NCBI GenBank assembly: GCA_964247055.1
Contig: OZ176051.1
Location: forward strand, 3,782,001 to 3,846,000
Direction of reading: 5' to 3'
Length of the DNA: 64,000 bases
DNA from: Paragordius varius
Taxonomy: Eukaryota > Animalia > Nematomorpha
In this document: piece after piece, positions 1 through 15,184 of the stretch
How the letters are laid out: the number at the start of each line of letters is the position of its first letter
How positions within the stretch are numbered: the first letter of the stretch is position 1
Program-made: the position numbers and the translations under genes
Notes under the pieces: generated by a model
The model's input: only the letters and a program-made list of their open reading frames with translations
Database searches by the model: none
What the model was told of the DNA's origin: nothing

Positions 1-2978
1 TTTACAATCAATCAAAGTTTTTTGATGGTCAATGATAGTTGGTTATTAATATTAATATATTTTTCAATACGAACACATACATCTCAAAATATATTAAAAC
101 AAAAACATCCAGAATGATTATTTATTGCTAAAACATGGATTAGGATTACATATTATTATCATTTTGAGATTAAAACAATTTTTTACTGAGACATATTTTT
201 TATGCGAAAAATTTACCTCTTATTGAAAAATTTATATTAACTCACATACATTATGTGACATATTGATTAGAAATTTGTTTCAAAAGTAACTCTACATGTT
301 GTAAATGGACATTATATAGATAGAGGGTAAACCATCGTTTTTTGGTTATTGATTTATAATAAGATATTTATTTTATATATATTTTGAAAATATTGGCCTC
401 GATGGTTTCTATTTTTGATATTTTTAGGTTAGAAAACAGTTAATTATGTCGAAAATATATTGAAAAACTAAAAGGCTTTAAACACTTTATTACCTTTTTA
501 TTTTTTTGTCCTAGTTTACCTTTTAGGGTAGTTTTATATACCAGAGCTAAATTTTGTAAATAAACTACAGTTTTAAAAGTTATTTAAGTTAAAATTTAAT
601 TATGAAAATTTTTCTCATCTATTAGATAAAAAAAGCTTATATTTTTTACAGTTTTGTAACTTCTCTACCCTAAATTGGGACAGCTCCAAAACACGATTGA
701 AACGAACAGCTGATAATATCAAAATATATCAAGTATTTGCTGGTAAAATATAGCCTGAAAGCTTTTAGAGTTATTTACATGCTAACTATAATATACATTT
801 ATTTGCCTGTTGCATTAGCGATTTAACAATTTTTATAGAAAATTGGCGGAAAAAAAAAAATTTGTATAATGTGCAAAAAAAACTAAAGCATCCCTTAAAT
901 ACTTTAAAATAATCAAATTTCGAATCGCTCTGGGATATAAAATCTCCCCAAAAGGTTATGTGTTGAGGTTCTATACTAACATATGAATATATGTAACCAG
1001 GTTTGATCATAAATATCATTAAATCCTAATAAGTAATGAAACAACCAAATGTCCCATATAATTATTTTTTAGTACGACATTTTTTGAAAAATTCAGTTTA
1101 CAAAAAGCTACTTTATGGTTTTATATTAGCATTAAATTATTAACATGGTCTGTCATATACACAGTTATAGCTCTTTCAGAATACATTTATCACTTTTAAG
1201 GAATAAACCAATAACTGTCTTACATAATTAATCATGTCACTAAAAATATTTTGTTTCAGATTAGCCATTTGGATATTAGGAAATATTGTTTTTTTCTGAT
1301 AATTAATATATCAATTATATAATTTCTAGATAATATTAACATCGTGGAAATTTTTTATTGCCATTTTTGTTTTTTATAATGGTGTATTCTGACTTTCAAT
1401 TATTGTAAAAAAATAATAATTTCCATTGAAAAATTTCTATCAACCATCACGGTTTTTATAAACCTTCAATCCAAAATATAATTTTAATTATATACTGCGG
1501 TTTATATGACCATATACTCTGACAATTAACTGATGGTAAGTAGTTTTTATACATTACATGCATGCTTCAAAATTTAACACCATTTCACAAATATGAATTA
1601 AAATTAAATTTGAAAATCCCAGGAATTTCCCTAACTTTTTGACTTTTAAATTAAAATTCTATATTTTTATTTCCATTTGGATATGTATACCTAATCCGTA
1701 AGTATTTAAGTTTTCTTGATATATAGGTATTAGATAAAATTTAATTAAATTTATTAGCATACATCAACTTGATATGATATGTAATTATTTTTATATTAAA
1801 ACTAAAACGTAAATTTAATTTAAATATAGTGTCAGCTTTTAAACATCTATATTCTCCAAATTGTCATCCATTAACTAAAAAATATATATAAAAAACTTAT
1901 TTCTCATAAATGGTAAATTTTACCTGTATTTTTTATTGTTTCAAGGAAACCTTAATTCCTTACGCTTTTGATTCTAACAAAAATAGTGGTTGATATTATG
2001 TAAATTGGTTTTCTACAAGATATATATTATAACTGTCGATTAGCTTATGCTATATTTAATAAATCCGACACATGAAGTACAGTTATTATTATTATATCAT
2101 TGTGACAAATCAATATTGATTTATTATGTATTATGGATTTTTACAACAGACTTGAAGTTTATTTATTTTGAAAATAGATAATCTAAATTAAAAAAAGTTA
2201 TAGTTTGATCAAACAAGTGAGTTTAAAGTTTATTGCTTAAAAAATTTTAAATATCAAAATACTTGTTTTAAAATATAGATTAAGATATCACTTATAAAAA
2301 TTAGAAAAATATGTGGTAGTTGAATATCAAAAAAGTTTAATTTTTGATATGCATTGAACTAATCATTGAAATTTTATCAAATAATATTGCCATAAAGAAC
2401 AATCAAAATTAGATCGTTAGAGCAATAAACCGATGCCATAATTTTTGGCATTTTTTTCAGAACCCTAATTTTTTTAACAAGTCCAATTTATTATATATTT
2501 TTAACTCAAAATAAATTTCATTAGAGGTAATTTCGATTGATTTAATCAATGTTATTAAAATATTTGAGCATTCATTATTATCTTAAACAATGATTTTGAA
2601 TTTTTAAAAAATATAACCATGTAAGGTCGTTGTCCACATCAGAGGAAAGAATGTGTCTCTTTCTAATAATGTCTTCTTATTTTTCAATATTTGAAAAATC
2701 ATGAGAATTATTTTAAAATTTAGCGTTTTCTATCCATAATATCATCCATTCATAAATAATTTATTATCTTAAGATAGATTAAAAATAAATCCTTTTTTAC
2801 CAATAGTCAAAACTTAGATTTATAGAACTTTGGACCCAAATTTAATTAATAGAATTAATTTAAATCATTTTATTTTATAAAATTGTTGTATTTACACGTA
2901 TGTAATATATTTAGTACCATAAGGTATAAATTAGCCTTAGACAAATTCGGTTGCAATACTTTTTTTATGTCTCTAGAA

Positions 2979-3207
2979 CAGGGGAAATCATCACGCTGCC
3001 CTCCAAAATATTTTTCCAGCCCGCATGAAATTTCAAATACAATTTTGTAAAATTCAAGTTAAATTAATTTTTTAAACAAATTTTCTGAATTAATCTTTCC
3101 GAATTTTGGCAATGAAATAGCCGAAAATGTTCTAGAAAATAGTATTTTTTACACTCTTATGTAGGAAATCTTATAATATATTTGTGGCAAAGCCTTGGAT
3201 ACCCCTG
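2979..3207. mobile_element. hAT MITE (229 bp)
   Basis: Ends CAGGGG...CCCCTG; exact 8-bp TSD CTCTAGAA (2971-2978 and 3208-3215). Confidence 0.9.
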
Positions 3208-6200
3208 CTCTAGAAGATGGAAGTTATTAAAATTTGTTAAAATTCAGTTCTTTATATCTACGATCCCAGAATGGAATTTGCTTATAATTTAAGCTTCAAC
3301 TCATTACCTTAAAATCTTTCAAAAACCGGCTCTTCGGGTTTTTTGCCTGTTCTAATCCTTAAGAACATAAATGTTTTTACTTTATTAGATAATGCAGGGT
3401 ATTTCATTGTTAATCATATCTTAATATTATTCTCCCCAACCTAAAACACTTTTTTCTGGAAGTTTAATTAAAGTAATCAAAATCAACCCCGTTTTTTATA
3501 TGTTAATCCTTTTTATGATATATGTTTGAAAATTAATCTTTGTATCATTTTCATGTTTTTGATACTACGATGACTTTGATAGAAAAATGACTTTTTACCA
3601 TAAATTCAACAGTATTATTTCTTTGTGCAATTAATTTCTATTACTATTTATTGAAGTTAAGCGCTTTCATACGTGCTTAATTACGATTTGATGATGTTAT
3701 GTTTATAGGAAGGATATATTATACTTTATATAAAATATGTCCAAAAAGACCAATATTGACCTATTCTATAAAAAAATGTTAATTTTGAAAGACACGGCAA
3801 TAATGTTTTTTACAAACTATTTAAAATAAAAATGGTTGATATAATTATATTTTACAAATATTATACGCCTTGCAAATTGACTGATGATTTATATTTACAG
3901 TAAATAGTGAAAATTAATATCAAATATTTTAATATAAATTTACCAAAGCAAAAAAAATGGCATTAGGATTTATTTTATATTATTGGATAATTTTCAATAT
4001 TTATTTTAAATGGTCCTATAGCAATATCCTATAATTAATAACGATAAAATAAATCAATTTTTAATTATTGATATATATACATAAATAGTGTGAATGCTCA
4101 AATTTTTGAAATTTATCGAATTATAACACAATATTTAATTATATACCAAATTAACACAAATCTCTATCATTTAGCATTTTTTTTCTCCCATAAATAGGAA
4201 TTAATGTAATTAAAAATTATTTCCAAGTTAAAATTAGACCTAATGTTAGTCATTTGGTCCTCTAAGGTTTCTATACTCCTTACTTTACTATGAAAAAGTT
4301 ATGCATTTTTTTCTCATAATAAAATATCATTGAGGTAAAGAAAATCTCCTGTGACCTTCGTATGACTTCTTGACTACTTACCGTATTGTCACTTCAAAAA
4401 TATTATGGTAAACATATATAATTTTTTGACTTCAGTATTATAAGTTATAAAAAAGATTATTATAGCATTAATTAACAAACATGCTTGCATATTTTTATTT
4501 TAGTTATTGACTTTATTTTATTAACATTCTTATGGGATTGATTTAGAAAAAGATAGGTGATACTGACATGCATAGCCTTATAAAAAGAATATCTTGTTAA
4601 TTAAAGATGTACATGCGCGAAATTTTGTTAATTATATTTAGTATAAATAAACAGTGTATACCTATAGGATTAATATCGATTATATTATAATTTTAAATAT
4701 CTAACTTTCTAAGAGGATCTATTTGAATTTTATTTGCAAGAATTATTAGAGAAGCTTTAATTTTAGCGCATACATTAGTTAGCCTGTATTTTCAACCAAA
4801 ATGAATTTTATAATTATAACCATTTATGTTCAGATGTCGGATGTGCAAGAAAACTTTAAAGAATATAAATTAAAATTTGATTATGCTAAAACTAAATTTT
4901 TACACATCATTACTTGGGGGTAGTTTTCTATTGCTAATCGAGGATATATTTAATGAACGATATTGCGCAAAATTAATATTATACATTCGTTCTTTTAAGG
5001 ACACTCAATATTTTTAAAAAAATGTTTAAATACTAATTCTCATCCAAAATCTTTGCAGCCAAATAGTTTTCTTTTACTATTTTCTTAAATCACTAAAAAA
5101 CTGGGATTAAATTATGATTAAAAAATTTATTTTAATTGCATTTAATTTATGTAATTTGTCAGCTCGTTTCTGGTGGATTTGAGAGCTATCTTAGACCATA
5201 AAAGTTTTAAAACTTAAAATCTGTAATTTTATACAAGTTTTATAAGTCAAAAAAACCCAAAATGCTTTTTTACTTTATTTAAATGAAGAGTTAAAGTCCA
5301 CAATAAAATGGATTATTTTATATTTTGGAAAATTTAAAAGTTAATAAAAAATATAACTTTATGATGCGCTTGTATTGTCAATTTATATCTGAATCGTAAA
5401 ATTAATTTTTGTATGCCAGTATAAATGAATTCTTTTATTATTTAATTCTTTGACATGATCTATAAACCCAATATAAAAAAGTATCAGTAAATAAACTATG
5501 TAGCTTATAATCGTAAATAGAGCTTATATAAATCAAATTAAATTTATTAATTCAATTATCTTATCAAAAATAGATTATTAATTTGTCTCTTCAAAATTAT
5601 GATGTATTTTTTAAGTACATGTCTTTGTAATATTAATATTTTACATCATAGAACTCTCAGAGTCTTATTTAATATATAGTCCCTTATTGCTAAACTCTTT
5701 GGAACACAAAAATATAGCTAAGTAATACATATTTTTAGAAGTCTCCTGTTGTGAAATTTTATATCGTTTCTTTTTACATTAATATTCCGAATGGTTACTT
5801 AACTTTTTTGTACTTTATAATACATATGGCTTAAACGCGTTCAAATTTTATACCCTCATAAAAATTTATGGACTGAAAAAATTTCAAAGAAAAATTAGTT
5901 TTGGCGCATTTTTTGTATCAAATGTAATATCCTATAATATGTTACATTTTATTATAATGATCAGAAAATGCACTTCTAGGAAGGGTAATATTGTATAACA
6001 TTGTACATTATTATGAGGTTGAATCTAATTTTATTTTAAAAAAGTATTTTAATTAAAACCAATTCCCTGTATTTGTTCCTGTCTGTGTTCAGGTTTCTTT
6101 CTTTGTTAAAGATGATTAATATATTTATAAATATAATTTTTATATTAATATATTTTACAAAATACAATCACCATTAACCAAAATAGATTCTTAATAAATT

Positions 6201-7322
6201 AATTTTAATAATGGTTTTCCTTGAGACAGGTGAGGGAGATTTGTTAAAAATAGATTTATTTCTGGCTTATATTAGCTGGCCGTTATATTTGGTTAAAATA
6301 AATTAAATAAGAATCTTTTATAAATACATGTAAAAAACTTTTATTGTCGTGCTTAATAGAGTGTAAGTTATAATGTTAAAATGCAAAGTTATGGTTGTAA
6401 AGTTTTTTTAATGTCATATAAATTATTTACTATGAGATTTGAGGTTTAAAATACCGATTTTAGTTTATTTTAGTGCTAATTAATTTTTTTATATTGTTTT
6501 TGCTAAAATATTAAATTTTACATGGCACTTATATTCAATTAAAACAAACAGCTAATTTGTTAAATTTTTAAACGGACTCTTATATTGTGTGTGAGTTCAA
6601 ACCCCGAAACTACGCAATATATCATCACTGTCAGCCCTGGGCAGACGAATAAAACCTTAGCAACTCCTGATATAATTTAAGTCTTGACCCTTGAATAAAA
6701 AAAAGATATAAAAAGAGTCTTGAAGCCAGAGATGCCTATTGTTAAAACAGGCCTAACTCAAATTTTGTAAAAATGTTTTATTGAAGAGCCGTGAATTTAT
6801 TATTTTATATTAAAATTTATAGTAAACTAAAGATAATTTATAAAACAATATGTCAAAGTCTTCATCAATAATATTTTTTTGCAATTCTGAAAATGAGGGA
6901 CCCTTTTTATAATTTTTAACCAAAGTAATTATTATTCAGTTGGTTCAATTTAATGTGCGGCTGCTTTTTTATCTTTATAAAAATAATGTTATTTTTTGCA
7001 TAAGCAATGTATGAAGGAAATTACAAATTTATCTTGATTAATTGTTTTCAGTCTTTGCCGTATTCAATAACTCCCTAACCCTCCCCAACTTTACTACCAA
7101 TATGTATATGCTATAAATATTTATATATCATTTTTTATTAAAAAGAAACCATATTTATCAGATAACATGTCTGCATTATTAAACATGGTTGTTTCAAAAT
7201 AATGATATGTTTCAGATTTAAGAAAAAATGAACAATCAAAATTTATAATTTATTTTTGTAACTTTTTGTGTCCGTGTTCATTGAATTTTTTTAAAACAAA
7301 TTGAAAATAGGAAAAATATTAA

Positions 7323-7840
7323 CACTTTAATTCAAATTGGGGTATCTAAATACAGACTAAATTTCAATTAATATTTTAAAAAACTACTGAAAACGGTCCA
7401 AATTTAAATTTCTTCTATCCTAATTATATAAATATGCCAAATTTTGTTGAAAAAAAACATGTCAGACTACTTTGACGCCATTTTACAATTTTTTATGCAA
7501 AATATCGCGTTCATTTAAATTTAAACGTAAAACTAAAGCTTATTTATTTAAATTACATGTAACATTGATAGAAATTGTAATAGTGGTTTATTTTGTATTA
7601 TTTTTCAATTTAAATGCACACATGTTACGTTGACTAAATTTTTTGGGTTTCATAATAAAATAAGTAATATCAGTATTTTTGAATAAAATTTTTTATATAT
7701 TTCGTTATTAATGTTAGATAAGTGCAAAATTTTGCCATTGTTTAGATTCCTTCCATATTTTTAAAAGTAATTAATTTAACACAGGCCTTGGGTATCCAAC
7801 TACCCCAATTTGAATCGAAAGACTGATGGTATTTTAAGTG
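7323..7840. mobile_element. TTAA-flanked MITE (piggyBac-like target), family copy 1
   Basis: TTAA|CACTT...AAGTG|TTAA with subterminal inverted TTCAAATTGGGGTA motifs. Empty sites in repeat copy 2 (~20158-20170) and copy 3 (~25907-25920). Confidence 0.85.
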
Positions 7841-8565
7841 TTAAATGCATGAGAGGAGGGATTAATTATAAAAATAAATAAAATATCAAAAAAATGTTTT
7901 GATAGTTTCATCCTTTTCTCTTCTCTCTCTTTGGCTTTAACCAATTCATACAACGTCCAAAATAAAAAATAATTAAATGTCCAAAAGAAATAAGCCTATC
8001 ATGCAAAACGCTTCTAAAAGATGTTATCAACATTTTCATTATTTATTTCTATTATTATCTTTTATATTCAATTATCATTAATATCACAAACAATTTTAGA
8101 TATTATCAATTTGAGAAAAACAAGGGAAGATCATTTAAATTTAATCAACATACTATTCCAACATTTTCCAGAATCAAAAATATATCCAATTCATGCAATG
8201 CGATATTAATACATTACTGAAATAAAGTTTATAATTTTGAATGATTAAGAAAACCGCTCGATTTTTTTATGCCACGATATCAACTTTGTTGGTAAGCACT
8301 TTGTTTCAAATTATATTTTGTTTGTCGTATACATTCCCTTTAACTTGCTAAAAGTGATTTTATTGTTAAACTTTTGATCAAAGACCACCAATCGATGAAT
8401 TCAGATTTTATAATCTTCAGGAATTTATATTCAACATCTGATCACACAAGTAAGAACATCCTTTGTCATTTCAACTCTGATATTTATGCACAAAACATTT
8501 TACAACAGAATTTAAATTTAAATAAATCAGTGCATTTAATGTGGATCCTGATTATTATCCTAAAC

Positions 8566-8755
8566 TAGGGGTGTCCAGAACAGATATATTAGCGGGCCTC
8601 TTTGATTATTTTAGTTTGTTAATTTATATTAAGCCCAAATTCGCATGATATATCTTCTAAATAATCGCAAATTTTTGAGTAAAATAATCCATTTTCTTTA
8701 TTTTTTTAACATTTTTTAGAGTACTTTTGCATACAAAGAGGGTTGGGCATCCCTG
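8566..8755. mobile_element. hAT MITE (Buster-type ends)
   Basis: TAGGGGTGTCC...GTTGGGCATCCCTG; TSD TCCTAAAC/TCCTAAAG (7/8). Confidence 0.8.
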
Positions 8756-8770
8756 TCCTAAAGCTTTTAA

Positions 8771-9348
8771 CACTTGGATACAACACACTCATTTTAGTCC
8801 TTCGATTCAAATCGTAGTTGGATACCCCAGGTCTGTTTTAAATCAAATATTTTAAAAAGTATGGAAGGAATCGAAACCATGGCAAAATTTTGCACTTATA
8901 TAACATTAATAAACCGAAATATATAAAAAAATTTATTCAAAAATAATTGATATTACACATTTTAAGCTAAAACCGAAAGGTAAAAATTTCGTCAACGTGA
9001 CATGTGTCAAATTGTAAAACTGAAAAATTATACAAACTAAACCGCTTTTTCTATTTCTATCAATGTTAGATGTAATTTATAAAAAAAATTAGCTTTAGTT
9101 TTAGCTTTAAAATTAAATAAAGACGATATTTTGCAAATATTTTGTAAAATAAAAATGGCGTCGAAGTAGTTTGAGATGGAGCTTTTTTTTCAAAACAAAA
9201 TTTTATTAAGATATTTTGGCATATTTATATAATATTTATCAGGATAGAAGCATAAATTTAAATTGGGACCGTTTCCTTCAGTAGTTTTTTAAAAATATTA
9301 ATTTAATTAAGTCTGGGGTATTTAAACACCCCAATTTGAATCGAAGGG
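8771..9348. mobile_element. TTAA-flanked MITE, family copy 2 (opposite orientation to 7323-7840)
   Basis: TTAA|CACTTGGATAC...TCGAAGGG|TTAA; reverse-complement match to 58387-58957. Confidence 0.85.
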
Positions 9349-11118
9349 TTAAATATGACCCTTAATTTTGTCAGCCATTTAATATGGAAAAGTTTTTAAA
9401 CATTAAGCAATAAAATAATGAATTATTCGACAAAATCGATATATTTTATCATTATATCTTTACAATCAATCAAGGTTTTTTGATGGTCCATAGTCAATTA
9501 TTAATATTATATATATTTTGCAATAACTCCTAAAAATAAAATAAAACAAAAACATCCGGATAACTGATTATTTCCCTATTGCCTCAAAAACATGGATTAG
9601 GATTACATATTATTATCATTTTAAGATTAAAACAATTTTTTTGAGATATTTTTTACTAAAATATTTAAACTCTTACTACCAAAATAATATATTAACTTAC
9701 ATAAATTATGTCATATTGATTGAAAATTTGTTTTAAAATTAACTTTACTTGTTTTAAATGGACATTATATAGAGAGAGCGTATACCATCGTTTTCTGGTT
9801 ATTGATTTATAATAAGATATATATATTAATCATATTTTGAAAATATTGGCCTCAGTGGCTTCTATTTTTTGCTGTTTTTAGGCTCAGAATAAAATCGATT
9901 CAATAATCAAAACTTAAAAGGCTTTTAACACTTCATTACCTTTTTACTTGTATGTCCTAGTTTACCTTTTAGGGTAGTTTTATATCCTAAAGCTCAATGT
10001 TGTAAATAAACAACAGTTTTGAAAGCTATTCTAGTTAAAATTTAACTTTAAAATATTTTTTCAATTTTTAGATGAAAAAGCATATATTTTTTATTTTTGG
10101 AAATTGGGATAGCTCCAAAACACGATTGAAACGAACAGCTGACATTAAAATCAAAATATATTAAGTTTTTGCTGGTTAATGTAAACTGGGCCTTTTCAGA
10201 ATCAATTATTTACGTGCTAACCATAATATATAATTTTTTGCCTGTTGCATTAGCAATTTTAAAAAATTTATAGAAAATAATGGCGGCAAAAAAGTTTGAG
10301 TTGGTGATTACTTCACATTTAAAAAAAAAATTGTATAATGTGCCTAAAAAACTAAAGAAAGCATACTTTTATATTCGGAATCCCTTAAATACTTTAAGAT
10401 ACTCAAAGTTTAAATAGCTCTGTATAAAATTACCCCAAAGAGTCATGGAGTTTTAGATTCTAAACTAACATATGAATAAAATCTGTAACCAAGTTTGATC
10501 ATAAGTACCTTTAAATTCTAGAAAGTAATAAACAACAAAATGCCTCATATAAATTTGTACGACATTTGAAAAATTCATATTATAAAAAAACTACCTTGTA
10601 TGCTTTTTATTATGATTAAATTATTAACATGGTCTGTCATATACACACAGTTATAGCTGTCTTATTATATATACATTTACTACTTTTAAGGAATAAACCA
10701 ATAACTTTTTTCTTACATAATTAATTATGTCACCAAAAATATTGTTTCAGATTATCAAATAATTTGTTGGAAAATTGATTTTTTCTGAAAATTAATATAT
10801 CAATTATATTATTTTTATATAATTGCAACATCGTGGAAATTTTTTATTGCCATTTTTGTTTTTGATAATGTTGTATTCTGATCAATTAATAATAATTTGC
10901 GTTAAAAAATTTATATCAAGCATCAGGGTTTTCATAAACATTCATTCCAAAAAATGATTTTAATTATATACTGCGGTTTATATCACCATATTCTCTGAGA
11001 ATTAACTGATGGTAAGTCTTTTTATATATTACATGCTCAAAATTTAACACCACTTAAATATAAACTAAAATATCTGCAAATCCCACGAGTTTCCATAACT
11101 TTTTGACCTTTAAATTAA

Positions 11119-11452
11119 AATCTCTATTTTATATTTCCAATTTGGCTGGATATGTATAGATTCGTAAGTATTTAAGTGCTCTTTATATTTAGGAATTAGA
11201 TAAAATTTAATTAAATTTAATTAGCATCATCAACTTGATATGGAATGTAATTATTTTATTAAAACTAAAACGTAAATTTAATTTATATATAGTGTCAGCT
11301 TTTTAAACATATTTAATTTCCAAATTGTCAAACCCATTAACTATAAAATATATAAAAATCTTATTTCTCATAAAAGGCAAAGTTTACCTGTGTTTATTGT
11401 TTCCAAAAAATCCTTACACTTTTGATTCTGACAAAAATATGGTTGATATTAT
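11119..11452 (+). pseudogene. Best-preserved piece of a putative decayed multi-exon, hydrophobic protein gene in the repeat unit
   Basis: Removing GT-AG segments 11164-11192 (29 nt) and 11272-11292 (21 nt) gives ~95 codons with 2 stops (NLYFIFPIWLDMYRF|ELDKI*LNLISIINLIWNVIILLKLK|LSAF*TYLISKLSNPL...PYTFDSDKNMVDI). The same GT-AG segments occur in copy 1 (1698-1726, 1809-1829). Product not recognised. Confidence 0.4.
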
Positions 11453-12468
11453 GTAAATTGGTTTTCTACAATATATATATATATATATAGATATATACTA
11501 AGTGTAATTATTAGCTTTTATTATATTTAATAAATCTGACACGTTATGAAGTATAGTTATTATATTATTATATCATTGTAAGACAAATTAATATTAATTT
11601 ATTTTATATTTGAGATTAGACTTGAAGTTTAAATTTATTTTGAAAAAGATAATCTAAATTAAAAAAATTATAGTATGAACAAGCAAGTGAGCTTAATACA
11701 ATAGCTTAAAAAAATTTTAATATCAAAAAATACTTGTTTGAAAATATAGATTAAGATATCACTTATGAAATTTAGAAAAATATGTGCTAGTTGAATATCA
11801 GAAAATTTTAATTTTTGATATGCATTCAACTAATCATTAAAATTTTATTAAATAATGTTGCCTCAAGGAACAAAAATTAGATCGTTAGAGCAATAAACCG
11901 ATGCCAAAATTTTTAGCGTTTTTTTTGAACTGCACCCTAAATTTTGTAAGAATCCCAATATATTATATATTTTCTACTCACAACAATTAAATGTAATTGC
12001 AATCGATTATATCAATGTTATTAAAGTTTTTAAGCATTCATTATTATTTAAAAATGATTTTGAGTTTTTGAAAATATCTAATCATGTAAGGTCGTTCGTT
12101 GTCCACATCAGAGGAAAGAATGTGTCTTTTTCTATTAATGTCTTCTTATTTCTCAATATTTGAAAATTAAAATTATGAGAATTATTTTAAAATTAGAAAC
12201 CACAGCAATTTTGCCTTTTCTATCCATAATTTCATCCATTCATAAATAATTTATTATCTTGAGATAGATTTAAAAAAATCTGTTTATACCAATAGTCAAA
12301 ACGTAGCATTATTTGGACCCAAATTTTATTTAATCAGATTTATTAGTTAAATCATTTTATATTATAAAATTGTTTTATTTAAACGTGTGTACTATATTTA
12401 ATACCATACATAAGATATAAATTAGCCTATTGACGAATTCGAAATGCATTTCTTTTGTGTCTCTAGAA

Positions 12469-12697
12469 CAGGGGAGTTCAACACGCCTCCCTCCAAAATA
12501 TTTTTGCAGCCCGCGATAATTTCAAATACACAATTGTACAAAATCTAAGTTAAATTAATTTTTAAACAAATTTTCTGAATTAATCTTTCCGAAAATGAAA
12601 TAGGCGGAAATTTTAAAGAAAATAGTATTTTTTACACTCTTATATAGGAAATCTTATAATATATTTGTGGCAAAGCCATTTGTGTTGAATAACCCTG
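12469..12697. mobile_element. hAT MITE, same insertion as 2979-3207 duplicated with the unit
   Basis: CAGGGGAGTTCAAC...GTTGAATAACCCTG; TSD CTCTAGAA/CTTTAGAA; orthologous position in the unit. Confidence 0.9.
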
Positions 12698-15184
12698 CTT
12701 TAGAAGATAGAAGTTATATAATTTTGTTGAAATTCAGTTCTTTCTATTTACGATCCCAGAATACAGTTTGCTTATAATCTAAAACTCATTACCTTAAAAT
12801 CTTACAAAAACCGGCTCTTCGGGTTTTTTGCCTGTTCCCTTTTTAGATGTTAATGCAGAGTATTTCATAGTTTAAGATCTAATATTCTCCCTAACCAATT
12901 TTTTATTTTTGAAATTTATAAAAAACGCTTTTCCCAGGAATTTTAATTTAAAATATTAAATAATCAAACTCAACCCCGTTTTTTTTGTGTGTTAATCCTT
13001 TTAATGATAAACGTTTAAAAATAAATCTTTGTGTCATTTTCATTTTTTTGATATTACGATAACTTTGATAGGAAAATTTTTTACCATAAATTCAACAGTA
13101 TTTCTTTGTACAATTATTTTCTATTACCATTTATTGGAGCTCAGCGGTTTGATACGTGCTTAATTACCATTTGATGATTTTATGTTTATAGGAATGATAT
13201 AATATACTTTGATTGAAATATATCCAAAAAGAGCCTATATTGACATCTATTCTCTAAAAAAATATTCATTTTGAAAGAAACACCAATAATATTTTTTACC
13301 AACTATTTAAAATAAAAATGGATGATATAATTAATTTTTAACTCTATTAAACGCCTTGCAAATTGACTGATGATTTATATTTATAAATGGTCTGATTTCA
13401 GCAATTTTTTATATTTATAACGATATTTACCGTCCTTAAAAGATTAAGTTAATTTGATTATTGCTGTATATAAATAGTGTGAATGCTTTTTGATTTTAAC
13501 CCAAAGTCGAAGCAAATTTTTAAAATTTATTTAATTATAACAAAATATTTAATTATATACCAAATTAACACAAAATATTTCATGTGGCAAGCTTTTTTTC
13601 CCAAACATATGAATTAGTAAAATTAAATATTATTTCCAAGTTAAAATTAGACCTAGGGTTAGTCATATTCTAAGTTTCTATACTCTCTACTTTACTTTAA
13701 AAAAGTTGTGCATTTTCTCATAATAAAATATCATTGAGGTAAAGAAAATCTCCTGAGACCTTCTTATGGCTTCTTGACTACTTACCGTATTGTCACTTCA
13801 AATATATTTTGGTCAGCATATATTTTTGACTTCAGTATTATAATAAGTAATAAAAAGAATTCTTATGGCATTAATTAACAAACATGGTTGCATATTTTCA
13901 TTTTAGTTAGTGACTGAGTTTTATTAACATTCTGATGGGATAGATATTAGAAAAAGAGGAGAGGTGATACTGACATGCATAGCCTTATAAAAAGAATATC
14001 TTGTTAATTAAAGATGTACATGCGCGATATTTCGTTAATCATATTTAGTAGAGATAAACAGTGTATAGCTATAGGATTAATATCGATTAAATTAATATAC
14101 TTTTTCTAACCTCTGAATCTATCTTTGAATTTTATTTGTAAGAATTATTAGAGAAGCTCTAATTTAAGCGCATACGTTAGTTAGCCAGTATTTTCAAGCA
14201 AAACGAATTTATAATTATAGCCAATATTTATGTTCAGATGTCAGATATGCGGGAAATTTTTAAATAATATATAAAATAAATTAGATAATACTAAAACTAA
14301 ATGTTTACTCATCACTACTTTGGAGGTAGTTTTCTATTCCAAGGAGATTTTAAAGGATATATTAAAAAAACGATATTGGGCCTTTCTTAATAATATACAT
14401 TCTATGGCATAGAGACATTCAATATCTTTTTGAAAAATATAATATAATTCTCATCCAAAATCTTTGCAGCCAAATAGATTTATTTTCTATTTTCTTAAAT
14501 CACTAAGCCATATATTAAATTATGATTAAAAAATTTATCTTAATTGCATTTAATTTATGTAATTTGACAACAAATTTTAGTAAATTGTTGTCAGCCCGTT
14601 TCTGGTGGATTTGAGAGCTATTTAAATTTTAGCCCATAAAAGTTTTAAAACTTAAAAGCCTTTGTAGATTTATACTGTTTTATAAGTCAAAAAAACTCAA
14701 AATATTTTTTACTCCATTTTAATGAAGAGTTTAACGCTATAAAGTAGATTTATTTTTATTTTTTAATTTTAGGAAAATTTAAGGTTCAATAAAAAATATA
14801 ATTTTATTATGCGCTTTAATGTCAATTTATATCTGAGTTGTAAAATTAATTTTTGTATGCCAGTAAAAATGGATAATATTTATTTAATTCTTTTATTATT
14901 TAATTCTTTGACATGATCTATAAACCCAATATAAAAAAGTATCAGTAAATTAAATATACCATGTATAAGGTGACCAGATTTTTTAAAGGAAAAAGCGGGA
15001 CAAATCTGAGAAGGGGGTGGGTCATTGGGGGGTACAACCAAAAATTTTTATACAAAAAATTTATTGTAATATTTATTTATTTTTAACACAAATACATTAT
15101 AAATATAAAAAAATTTGTACCTCACAGGTTGTTTGTACCTTATTCAATTAATTTCCATGTGCACGAACAAAGGGTGAAGTGATT

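Larger units (their letters stand above)
1..8565. repeat. Tandem segmental repeat, copy 1 of ~8-kb unit (begins just before the window)
   Basis: Colinear with 9395-20880 and 20940-26550. Anchors identical in all three copies include GTCGTTGTCCACATCAGAGGAAAGAATGTGTCT (~2627/12098/23505) and ATACCCTCATAAAAATTTATGGACTGAAAAA (~5850/18567/24842); CTGTATTTGTTCCTGTCTGTGTTC also recurs (~6067/18793/25053). Confidence 0.95.
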